DNA of 64,000 nt. It comes from Yuukianura sp. NJ FZ-2021 (lineage: Eukaryota). Below, piece by piece: positions 36,201 through 47,796 of this stretch. Every line of letters starts with the position of its first letter. Position 1 is the stretch's first letter. The stretch covers positions 1,178,001 to 1,242,000 of the forward strand of contig CM102288.1 in assembly GCA_046563655.1 (NCBI GenBank), given 5' to 3'. A model generated the notes under the pieces. That model was not told the DNA's origin. It did not search any database and saw only the letters and a program-made list of their open reading frames with translations. Both the position numbers and the translations under genes were made by a program.

Positions 36201-39200
36201 AAGTCGAAATATCCTAATATTATATTCATTCCGCTTTCACTTTCCTTTTTGTTTTTCACAGAAGAGGAAACTTGTATGCCCTCACTGCCTTTTCTAGATT
36301 CTATCCAAGGATTCTAGAAAATATCCAAGTTGAAGTTGGAAAAGAGGTTAGTTGAGTCTAATAGAATGCCTCTAGGACTCACAGCAACCAAAACATACCT
36401 TATGCTCCAAAGAAAATAACAGTACAATAGACTATTTGGACTGTTTTGTGCTTTCACTCGTGAGAAGAAACTTTTGAAGCGAAAGGAGTTCTGTCTCTCC
36501 GGACGACGGGGAATGAAAAATAAGCACTGAAAATAATTACTCAAGGTGCCATGGGAAAGAACAAACAACCTATTTTTTAGTTCAAATGATCCATACAAGA
36601 TTCAACACTACATTATGGCTTTCCCCCAAGACACGCCTAGGAAAATACAAAAATGTAATGTGAAACTAATGCTAAGCTCGTGAAAACCAAGGTTGCTATA
36701 GCACACGTGTATGCAAGTGCGCTAACAGGTTATGTCATAACTCCGTTTTTCAAAAAATTGAGACACAAAATTTTGTAACAATTTTGTACCAATAATCCTT
36801 TTGTAAGTGGTCGACTTTTCCAGACAAAAAATCAAATCAAACAATTTTTTTAAAAACAGGAGTTATGGCATAACCTGCTAAGAAATAAAAAACAAAATTT
36901 CACTTTAAACAACCTTGGTGAGAACCGTGACCTCGAGGTCATTGACCCCTCTGACCTCTACTGCCTACATATGTCTGTAGGAACTATTTTTGTAATTAGA
37001 ATCAAATAAAAAAGTAGGTTGTTGTCAACTTTCAGTTTGAAAAAAGTCGATGTCAATTTTCAGCTTTTTGAGAAAGAAATATTGTCAATTTTCAACTTTT
37101 TAGAAATGTAGCCCAAACTTTTAAACAAAAAAAAAGCATTGTTAATTTGTTTTCCTTTTTGGAAAAGTGCGAAGAGTTGAAAAAAAAGTTGGGCAGAGAG
37201 GGCGAAGGAGCTTAAAAAACTTGAAAGCAGCGAAAGCAGACCGATGGAGAAAGTTTTTAGAGAAAAAATCAGGAAGTTTGGTACAATATTTTGGGTTATA
37301 AAAAGTTTCATTTTTTTTTTGTAAAAATGGTAGTCCCGGGTTTTTAATGGATTGGGCCCATCTCTAGTAGTTTTGATGATAAGTTATTTTGTGGAAGCCT
37401 AGTAGAGTAAAAGTTAGGTTAACCAAAGTGTAGTAACAGTGCGTCAGAGGTTTTAGGCTTTAGAGTAGGAGTAGGAATCAAGAGGAAGCCAAGGGAGAAA
37501 TCGGATTAAAACCATGGAAACCCACTTCCTACTCAATCAGACTCTTCCGCTCCTTTCCCCACTTTCTCCCTCTGTCCAATCAAACAATATTTGTCACTCA
37601 AAGTAATTTAAATAGAACAGTACTGCAACTAAAATCTGCCTACGCTTTCAAAAAATAGTTCAAACATTTTGGTTTAAAAAATTTCCATCCAAACTTTGTC
37701 AGATTTTATTAAAATTCAGCCAAACAGGATGAGTTATCCCCAAATCCCCGGGGATTTGGGGATTATTGGGGCTCTGGCGATGTTTTGTACAGCGCATGCG
37801 CAGCGTCTGCGCAAACCCAGAATTCAGTATAGCTCCACCCAGAACATTCCCACACTCCATCCCGTTTTGTTCTTTGTTGTTATCCATCGTTATTAAACTT
37901 TTTAAATTGATTCCGGCATTGACTATTTTATATGAAATATTATTTATAATAAATAATATAATTATTGTTATATTATTTATAGTATATTATAATACAATTA
38001 TTATTACTTTATAACTACGTAGAATATAAAAGGCAAAGTCTAACGATATTTATAATGTATGTAATATAATATGTACATATATTATTATATAAATGTAGTA
38101 TAATAAATATAATATATTTATACATAATATATAATATAAAATATCAACACTGAGGATGACAACGAATTCAAAAAAATACTTTCACTTTTTAAAACATGAA
38201 AAAGAGAGAAATTTGTTTCCAACCATATGAAATTTCAGACAACAACTGGCGGAATTTTAAAAATGTGAAATATGTTTTGTTAAACTTTAGGCAATTCAAC
38301 TGTAATTACTTTTACGATTGATTAACTATGTTAATTACTACAAAAATTTTCAGCTCTGGCCAAAAACACATCAAAAATTAAAATGGAAAACAGTCAACTA
38401 GCTACTGGAAATTTCAAAAATTAGTTGATCTAATTCTTAAAATTTCAGCTAGTTTTGAAATTGGGTAATTTGTTAATTACTAGTAATTACTTTCTAATAT
38501 TGAAAAAGAAGTTTTCAGCTAAACCCGTTAACAAATATTTGTTTACTTTAATTTTTTTCTGATATAGAAAGTAAAAAATTTCTTTTGCAAAATTTTTGTG
38601 TAACTTACCGTTTGTCAAGGCTGAGCAAATCCATTCCAACTTCCTCCATAACGAGACCTGGAAAAAACAGAATTTTTTTCGTAAAAGTAGGAAAAACATA
38701 GGTAAGCTTTGAAACACGGAAATTTCCATTTCCATTTCATCTTCAATCTTCTTTAAAAAGAAAAAAACCTTCCTACTTTCTTCCTTTTCCTAAAGTCTCT
38801 ACAACGTTTCTCAAAAAACCAAATACTAACTACGACATACTATTCTCCATTTTGAATTCAATCCAAAAATTTCATCCCCTTCCGCCCTTTTGCCACAAAA
38901 AAAAATTCATTTCATAAAAACAACTTCACTTTAAGTTTTCCTCCATCATCGATCCAAACCCCCGCCAAAATTCAAATTGGAATCAAACTAAGTAAGTTTT
39001 TTGACAAAAACTTGATTTGATTTTGGTGGTTTTCCTCAAGTCTTCAAAAAACTGAAAACTTGGTAAGTTTTCACATACGTTGAAAAAGTTGAAAGTAAAA
39101 GTAATGAGAAATAAGTTAGTAATTATAAAACTCAATTTGGGAAAGTGAAAGAGGGGAAACAAGAAGGAGAAGGAAGGTTAAAAGTGAAAGTGGAAAAATC

Positions 39201-41404
39201 AGACCAATGCACACTTGAAACAGCTTTTCCACGCTTTTTTTCGGCCTGAGATTGGAATCATGAGGTTTCTGTGGGAATTTTCGGTCTCATTTTCTGGGAA
39301 CATTCCCGCTTTCACTTTTGCTTTCACTTTCAAGAAAGCGAAGGAGTTGAATAACACTTCTGCTTTCGTCTCTCCGCCTGTTGCTTCTTTGTTTCACGTT
39401 TCCCGCAATTTGGTCCTTTACTTTCACTTTTTACTTTCACCAAAGCCTAAGCCTTCAAAAAAGTGGGACCGTCAAGGTTTTCTTTTTTAGTTTTTTTTCC
39501 TTTGTAAAAGACAGTGTTATTATCGAACTTTGGTGAGCAGCAGAGCCTAACAAATGCGGCTTATGAAAGCAGAAAACAAAAAAGAAGAAAAGAACAAATT
39601 CAATTACACTTTGGAAACACGAGCAGCTCCACTGACCTCCAAAGAGAAAATTAAGTCTGACATCCACCTACACAACGTTCATACTTTGACAAAATGTACT
39701 TTGTACTTTGACAAAAAGACTTTTAGCTAACCAAAAAAGTTAGCCTTCAAATGTTAGGCTAACCTTTACAAGTTAGGTTATGCTGCAGGGACAAAGAAAA
39801 GAGAAAGTAATTTTTTTTTCAGTTGAATGTGTATGATTGGTGTCTGGGATCGCCCTTTGCTCTTTGTAAGGAGTCAAAATGGACTCAATCAGCTTCATGG
39901 TTCGGAACAAATTTCAATTCCAATTTTCCTTAGCTGTCGCTTTGACTTCCATGTCCATCCAACAAAAAAAGTAAAAGAAGATTTTGTCTTCTGCTCGATC
40001 GTGTCCAGGGTTAGCTCAAACTGGAACTTTTTTGAAGTTCTGGAACTCCTGGAACCTATGTGTAGCTAACAGCTATGTTTTGTATCCAGGTAAAAGTGCT
40101 CATGCGACATTGCATGGACGCATGACGTCCTCCAGAGTGAAAGTGAAAGCAAAGCCCTACTTTCTCTGCCTAACCTAAGGACATAACGTCTCCATAGAAA
40201 TGAGAAAAGACTAGGCTAGTCTTTCTCCCTAACTCTTAAACCTTTCAAAACACTTGAACAAAACCACGGTTGAAAGTGGGCTACAAGTACATACACATAA
40301 GGTATCCAGACACAGGAGACAGATTTAGGTTCTCAAGATCACTTGAACTCCTTCTATCCTACACAAGAGACAACCGAATGAACAGAAACGGACATGTTCA
40401 AAACTTAGCCAAAACCCTAAGACAAACAAGCGTCCAACTACGCTTCGACCGAAGTCTGAAATCTCTTAGTCTCTGAATCTCTGGAATCTTTAACTTTTTA
40501 TCTAAACTTGAGTTCTTATCGTAAGCCTGAATTAAGTAATCGCTTTCTTGGATAAGTTTTATCCAGAAGAAACAAGAAATTGATCTTTTTTTTTGGGTTC
40601 GGTTCGTGCGTCTTAATGTGACACACTCCAAGTCGGTTGCTTAGAGATGATAAATCGTTAGAGATCTTTTACCATCACAGTGGATTCCAACGACAACGAG
40701 GCGGTAAGGAGCCGTGGGATCATTAGGCGGTATCCTTGGAGAAACGTTCAGAAGATGCCCATTCCCAGTATACAGTTTCACGATGTCACAAGGACCCGCT
40801 TCTCCAGCATTTCGAAACAGATCTGCATTTTAAAATTTCAAATGAACGTGATTAGTTATGCAAAAAGGAAGGAGAAAGTCTCTTATAAGCAGAAATGCCA
40901 AAAATACTTACTAAAAACCAGCGAATTATTTAAATAAATACAATATATTTTCTGAAAAAGCTCGAAATATTTACAAATTTAACATTAAGGGCATGGGTAA
41001 ATAAATAAATATTTAGTAACAAAAAAGTTCCGAAATATTATATTACAGGCATTTCATTGACATTAAAGGCAAATGAGCTAAATATTTTTGGCATGTCTGC
41101 TTATGAGGTAACAAGATTTTGATGTTGAGTAGCAATAACTATGAAGTGGTTTCTGGAGAGCAACAAGTTAGTTTACATTAAGGATTTTGTTACATTATGA
41201 TACTTTAATAGTCCCGTTACATCATAAATAATTGGCTCTGGAGGAAGAACTTATGTTTTATTTAAAGTTAGATTTTTACTATTTACCTTTAACTTCATCT
41301 GATGAAGCTGATCTGGACAACAGAGCCGTTTCTGTTTTGTGTCCAAGCGTAAAGTAGATGATAGTAATCTCATCGTAGTTTAAACGAGACAACGGCAGGG
41401 CCAT
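30219..41404 (-). CDS. PDE9: High-affinity cGMP-specific 3',5'-cyclic phosphodiesterase 9 with long Ser-rich C-terminal tail
   Basis: Catalytic motifs [52 protein letters not shown] and [24 protein letters not shown] lie in exons between ~34350 and ~31430. N-terminal exons lie at ~41404-41287 ([14 protein letters not shown]), ~40822-40673 ([18 protein letters not shown]), ~38657-38609, ~35200-35078 and ~34585-34465. The start could lie further upstream. Confidence 0.9.
31712..32795. repeat. Composite intronic repeat: ~44-bp units, (CCTAA)-rich block duplicated twice, and a 39-bp minisatellite of ~8.5 copies
   Basis: The 39-bp unit CTCGAGAAATTTGTTCCAGGATATTCCTCGAGCATTTTG repeats near-perfectly at ~32085-32420. 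The block at ~31785-32025 is duplicated at ~32430-32668. Confidence 0.92.
33878..34096. repeat. Intronic minisatellite, 6 copies of TCCAAAG(T/G)GAAAGCTTTCTCTCAAATTT with A-rich linkers
   Basis: Cores start at about 33878, 33918, 33959, 33995, 34031 and 34068. The array fills most of a PDE9 intron. Confidence 0.9.
34728..34911. mobile_element. MITE, 184 bp, 28-bp terminal inverted repeats
   Basis: GGGTTCCATTTTCACCGGAAGTTGATTT (34728-34755) and AAATCAACTTCCGGTGAAAGTTGAACCC (34884-34911) are inverted complements at 26 of 28 positions. Confidence 0.8.
36726..36877. mobile_element. MITE, 152 bp, ~35-bp TIRs starting CAGG, flanked by CTAA direct repeat
   Basis: CAGGTTATGTCATAACTCCGTTTTTCAAAAAATTG pairs with CAATTTTTTTAAAAACAGGAGTTATGGCATAACCTG. 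CTAA occurs at 36722-36725 and 36878-36881. Confidence 0.8.
36929..36957. promoter_or_regulatory. Cluster of nuclear-receptor half-sites including an IR-1 ecdysone-response-element consensus
   Basis: TGACCTCG-AGGTCA-T-TGACCC-CTC-TGACCT. AGGTCAtTGACCC at 36936-36948 matches RGGTCAnTGACCY. Function is unproven. Confidence 0.4.
37721..37870. repeat. GC-rich island with perfect 28-bp palindrome (possible MITE remnant)
   Basis: ATCCCCAAATCCCCGGGGATTTGGGGAT (37736-37763) is its own reverse complement. Imperfect outer inverted repeats CAAACAGGATGAG / CTCCATCCCGTTTTG enclose it. Confidence 0.6.
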
Positions 41405-42713
41405 GGCACGCCTAATCCCCTACGTAAGGTCAAGTTTTTAAAAAATTAGTTTTTCGAATTTTTGAATTTCTCAAAGCTATTTAAACTTCAATCCCATGTA
41501 TTACTTTCCCGTCCAAAGAGCAAGTACTAATTTTGAACAAGCAGTTTTGGTGCTGTTTTCATTTTTCTTGTACTTTGAAGGGGGTTTTAATAGTTTCAAA
41601 AAAAAATTGAATTTTTAAATCATTTTATTTTTAAAAATTGAAAGAGTATTCGTTCTTACGTGTTTTACAGCCTCGTTATGTTCCCATGTTTTCAATCCGA
41701 ACACATTCCATAACTTTTGTAGTAAAGCTTTTGTTTGGAGTAAACCTATTTCAAGTCCATTTTGTTCCCGGAGAAAGTTTGCTTAAAATTTGACTTGAGA
41801 ACTCGCGGCAAACTTTGAATTTCCTTTCTCTTTCACCACTGTCTTTTCAGGAGTTGAAAAGTGAAAGTAAAAGTGAAAAACAAAGTTTTGTGTTGGAAGT
41901 TGCTTTAGCGATGATCCAAAACGGTGGTGGTGAAGGCGGGAGTTTTTGAAGGAAGAAGTTGGAGGAAGCTCCGTCTTCCTTACCTGTGAAAGGTGAAAGA
42001 CTAATATTAATTCCTTATTGATTTTCCCCATAGACGTTTTGATGGAAAGTGGCATGGGATGGGCTGAAGGTAAAAAGAAGCGACTCACGACAGAGTCAGT
42101 CCACAAGACGTCAAAAGCCCCCTCTAACTCAATTCTGCTGGCGGTCGTCGTCCCTCTTCCATTTCCAAACGTCAACATACACAAAAGAAACCAACTTTCA
42201 CCATAGACACAAACCTCAAAACTTTCCCACCAAAAATAAAGAAAACTGCTCCGTCGGAACAACACTGCCATCAGCTCCTTCCAAATTAACGCTACAACAC
42301 AGGACGATACCCTCCAAGGTAAAAGTGAAAGGATGGAGCTTGGAGCCAAGGAATGAAATTCAAATTTTAAAATAGGCAGAATTTGCATTCAAAAAGAAAG
42401 GAAACAAGGGAGAAGGAGTGGTGAAAGCTTCCATTTGTGATTTAACAGGATACAAAACACACAACCTTTCACCTTAACATTTTACACTCTCTGCACATTC
42501 CATATTAGACAAACATTCAACTCCAAAATGGCTTTAGTAAGCGAAAAAAAAAATCAGAGCCTAAATGCTTCAGTAAGCCTACGTTTCATCAAAATTTAAA
42601 ATTCCAAAAAATTAAAAAAAATAGAAGTTTACACTCATTGAAGTTTAAAAAATTTGTAAAAGTAAAAAAAAATCAATTTTGATCGTTGAAATTTTTAGAG
42701 AACAACAGGCAAC

Positions 42714-42794
42714 TAGAGCTTCAAGTCATTTTAAAGCTCGAACAATTGTTCGAAGCTCGAACATCTCGATTATAGTTCGAACATTGAAGCTCTA
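42714..42794. mobile_element. 81-bp hAT-type MITE with 11-bp TIR and perfect 8-bp TSD
   Basis: TIRs TAGAGCTTCAA / TTGAAGCTCTA. CAGGCAAC is duplicated at 42706-42713 and 42795-42802. Internal TCGAAC/GTTCGA motifs are repeated. Confidence 0.85.
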
Positions 42795-45055
42795 CAGGCA
42801 ACTGACTACTAAAGTTTAAAACTTTGATTAAAATGTAATTTTGTTTTCGCATGACGAGAAACTACAAATTGGGTTCAATTTAAAACAACATTTGAAAACG
42901 TAATTACATTAGAAACGTTTTACATGCAATACTTTTTTTCCGAACTTTTACATTTCGAATTTTGGTTTTTAGAATTCGGCAATTTTCAGGAGAAAGTTAT
43001 TTCAAGTTTCTCATAATTCAATACAATACTTTGAAAATTCTTATTGATTTGTTGGAATTAAAAATTCGTTTTTACCTTGGAAGTTCCGAGTCAGAATCCA
43101 AATGTATCTTAGCTCCTTTCCAGTTTACTAAATTTTGAAATATTCCGAACTTTGAAAGCAGTTGAGAGATATGTTTAGTTTAAACTTTCACTTTTGGAAT
43201 TGTTGCGTAATGTGACATGTTCCGATTTCGTTGGAAGTTGTTGTTACGCAATTGGGTAGAGAAAGTATTGTGATGACTACTGTAGGTATTTTGGGTTGCA
43301 TTCTGTCGAAAGGCGGCAGGGCGACTGGGGCTGGTGGAGGGGAAAGCAGGGGAAGAAAGCTGGAGAAAATCAATTTGAGTCCATCAACTCAACTGTACAG
43401 CAAGAAGGTGGAAATGGAAGCACTTCAAGAGGCAAGGCCACCAGCCCAGCCATTCTAAATGTGACACGACCAATGACCCCAACACATCCTCAGCACAATA
43501 TACTAAAGTAGCCGATTTTCATAAGCAAGACACAAGAAAACGTCTAGAATACACTATAGACACTGAAAAAAATTGAAGAACTAATTCAGACACTAGAAAC
43601 TGTCTAAAATTGACCAAAATGCAAAGTGAAAGTAACATCTTAAAAAGGGATTTTGATTAAAATTGTTTGTTTTATTGATTCAAACACAAGTTCTAAATAA
43701 CGTAAGACGCACTGAGGAAATAAACTTTTGAAGTTTTTAGAAACTGGTCTAAGCCGAAAACTAAACCCCTTTTCAAAATTTTCTAAAAAGTAAATATCCA
43801 ATTAATTTAAAATTTTGAAAGCACCATCCTCCTCCTTTCTTGTTTAGTACTAAGGGATTGGTAACTTTTCCAATTCCTTGTGTGATTTTGGAGACATTTT
43901 CGAAAAGATGACAACATTGCTCAACTTTTCCAAAGTTTCTAAAATGTTTATAAGAAGCTTAAAAGGAGACTCTAGAATGTTAAATTATATGAGGATTGTA
44001 ATTTAAAAGAATATGGAGACACTAGTTTTAGTTGTTTTTAGTCTAAAACGACAATTCTTTTTCCTATTCTGTACAATTATAATTCTAAGAAGGCTCTATC
44101 ATTCTAAAATAGTTTGCAGAAGGAAATTAATTACAGTTAAATTTAACTTCTAAGTTTAAGTAAAGCTAGTGACCTTAATCTCAGTCTCGCTTTCATCTTT
44201 TAAAACACAAAAATTAGAACAAAGCACTTATTTTGTGGTCCAAAAAGCAATTAATGTAACACAAAACTACAATTTTAAAAACAAAAACACAGTTTTAGTA
44301 TTACAATCATTCCCACTTAATTTTATGAGCAGCAGTTTTCATCTCCAGCAGTACAAAAGTAAAACACGGAAAAGACTAAAAAAAAAGACTAAACATTTTT
44401 ACAATTTTTTGCACACAAAGTTATTCTATTTGTGCTAATTTTTATGAAAGCGTTGACAAACATTTTACAACGTCCTTCGATGTCCATTTCTAAAATGTAA
44501 CTAAAAAGTTAATTAAGAGTTAACTAAAAGTTAAACTTATGATATTATTTTATATTATTGCTGTAATAGAAACAATTTCAAAAACATTTAGAACACAAAA
44601 CGTACATTTCAGGAACACAAAAACACAAATTTAAATTTTTTTTGGAATCTTCTTTGCAAAGCAGCATTACAAATGGACTCAAGGCACCAAAGCAAGAAAA
44701 CACTAAAGGTCAGAGGTCACCGAATGAAAATTGTTAGGTTTTTAAAATGTTTTTGATATTATCACCGCTTCAAAAATAAATTGCTACATATGAAACCGTT
44801 TCAAGTCCCAAATAGGGCGTAACTCTCCCATCTTAAAACTAACTTTTGACATGGTTTAATATTAATCTAGTTAATCTACTGAATAAACATTAATGAACTA
44901 ATTAATATTGCATAGTTTAAGACCTGTACATTAAGCATAAGTTTGTAATTTAGAAAGCAAAAGCTGATATAGTAAGTTACTCGACGAGTTACGTGCTCCG
45001 TTCATCAATAGTTGTGTGCTCTTTCCTAAAAATAAAGTTAAGAACAGTGGTGTCT

Positions 45056-46360
45056 TTAGTTCTTGAGTAGTTTTCCGGCTCGTTCGTTTGCAATTTTTAT
45101 TCGGTCAACGTTGGAATCCGCCTGTCAAAAACAAAAATTAAGTTAGCAAACTCATTTTTGTTTATCTAAACAAGTGTAAAACGTGGAGAAAGTCACGGAG
45201 AAAGCAATGAATCGAACTCTAATTTTAAGCACGCATACTCTAATCAACAGAATATTAAATTTTGAAAACGTGCTGACCTTGATATTTATACGGTCGAGTT
45301 GCCTGTTCTGACTTTCAATTTCCGATCCCATGTCAATGGCCATGTTTCGCAGATTCCCAACCATCGTGGATACTTGGCCCATGTTGTTCTCCATTTCATC
45401 CTCACGAGCATCATTTGTTATCCTGAAAGTTAGTGATTCCAGTTAAGTTTAAAAAGTGAAAGTTAGTTGATTAGATCTTACTTTCCTATGTATCCACCAT
45501 AAGCTGGTACTTGTCCGTCCACAACTCTCTGTGGTTGGTTGTTCACAACTTTCCCATCGTCAGTTCCCTTCCATGTTGCAGCATCTTCCTTAAAACCGCC
45601 ACTCCTGAAAAAGAAAGCAAATTAAAAGTGAAATTTTAAAGTTCTTCTGTAAATTATACTAAAAAGTGTCGATTATGTTGAAATTGTACTTTTTCCAAGG
45701 AAGTACACAAAGACCACAACATTTCTCCATTCCTTCCAAGTTCTTCTCTGCCTGACGCATGTCTTCGTTGATCTGAGTCATCCCAGATTCAATATGATCC
45801 AGTTGCTCTGAAAGTTACAACACAAATTAATATTTCAAAAGTAATTTAATAAAGATCAATTTTCTCCTGTATCGTGTAAATATTTTACCTCCTTGATCAT
45901 CTAGAGCCACCTAGAGTTAAATTGAAACAAAAAATAAATGTTACGTAATGGGAAATCAATTTAAATCAAAGTTTAGCTGTGAATTTCCTTACGAGAGTCC
46001 GAATGCCAGCTTCTTTACTCTAAAAATTCCAGAGAAAGTACTTTTTAGTTCACATCGCATCTTCAGAAACATCAACGGTAAAAGAATTTTGACTTGAGTA
46101 AATTATTTTACCTCCTCACAAAGTGCCAACATACGCCTTGTGCTATCCAATGACTGAAACAAAAATACGTTCGTTTTAGTCAGAGGTAATAATTTCCAAA
46201 GTATTTTGGATTTTGGGAGATTTTGGAAATTTTGATTTGTTATTTGGGATTTGGATTGGCTGACCTCATCAGTGGCCTGGTTGGCTTTAATCTGTAGCTC
46301 TTCCAGTTCTGTCTTGGGAGCTCCATTTTGAGCAGGGTCCAATGGTGGTGGCGGTGGCAT
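45056..46360 (-). CDS. Snap25: Synaptosomal-associated protein 25 (t-SNARE), 8 coding exons incl. 27-nt and 22-nt microexons
   Basis: Spliced product: MPPPPP...[48 protein letters not shown]...[12 protein letters not shown]|...|[69 protein letters not shown]. The palmitoylation Cys cluster is present. Confidence 0.97.
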
Positions 46361-47796
46361 TTTCTAAACAAAATTAATAATTTCAACAATTTAGTTAGAA
46401 AGTTAAAGAATTGCACTACACAAACCGCGGTTAGATTTTTCCAGGATTAAAATCATGCAAAAAACTGTGGATTCAGATATGAACAATTCTCGAAAAATAC
46501 GTTAGAGCATTGCTCACCTTGATTTTTTCGGGCTTTTCCTAAGCTTACTTCTCAAATGCTAAGAGAAGCAGGGGAAAACCACTTCCAGAATTCCGAGTAA
46601 TCACTTTCAATCAACTGGAACTTGGAATGTGTTGAGTAGATGTATCGTGCGAGACTAGGTTAGGTGAACCTTGGTTAGGTACAACACAGAAGAGGTTGTT
46701 ACTATGGAAATAAGTAATGCTTTCCCTTGCTTTCACTCTGACCTCGACCGACAAACGGAGAAAGAAAGAGGGAGGTTTCCTTTGGAACGGCCTTAACTCC
46801 CTCAGACTCACTGCGTCTGTGGGGCACGACTCCAACAAAAATCCAATTCCATTCCGCATGCTTTCTACCTCCCTACAACCTCCACTTTCATCATGGTTAA
46901 GTTATTATAGTCTCCCTTTCTCCAGTCAAAACGGAACGCAACCAGCATTTCTCCACATGAAACCAAAAAAAAAAAAAACAAGGTGGGGCGGGATTCACAA
47001 CGCAGAAATAAATAAGGCTTAGCTTAAACCCGGCTAGATTAACCCCAGCGGAATCTGTCTCAGCTTCATAAAACTAAAACCTCAAATCGTTCACTCAAAA
47101 TTTTCAATGCATTTTTATAATTCAACTGAAAATGTTGTCTATGTAGAACATGATATCAAAACTGCAATGAATATTAGAACCAAAGCATAGCCGTTTCCAC
47201 AAGGAGTAATGAAACGTGGGAAAGTTATTATGCATGCCCAGTAGGGAATTTCTACGTCAAAATTAATGTCATATTTGTTTATAATTTTTAAATATTGAGT
47301 AAGTACTTTGTTGATATAAAGTTGGTCTAACCGGAATTTGTTGGGTTAGTCTCAAAACCCGTTTTAGTCATATCTATTGAATCTCCTCCCGCTGAACTTG
47401 GAGAAAAAAGGTGGAGAAAGGCAGACCCGACTTTCCTGACTTTCTAGAGCGACGTTTTAGGCAATGCGGCATTTTCATCACACCCGAAGAAAATCAATAG
47501 AAGAGGCTCCAAATTGCACTCTTTTCTTCCCTCTGTGAAACTATAACCGATGTTAGCGGTTGCACGCGTTCTAGGTTTTCACCCATAGTAATAGGATAGG
47601 TTAGGAGTGTAGCCTCTCCAGGATTAAGTAGTTCTGGAAACAAGTTTCCGGAGTTGGAACAGCGATAAAGACCAAGAAGTCATTCCAAACCAAAACAATA
47701 ATAGAAGGAATGAGTGACCTACATCGAAAAACAAGATTTAATAGAGATTGCTTCAGTAAAAATTTTCAAATAAAAACTTTCTCGGCCAAATCAAGG

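Noticed and set aside
41783..42388. 201-aa minus-strand ORF
   Set aside because: No recognisable domain and a low-complexity F/S/L bias; more likely PDE9 5' UTR or promoter sequence.
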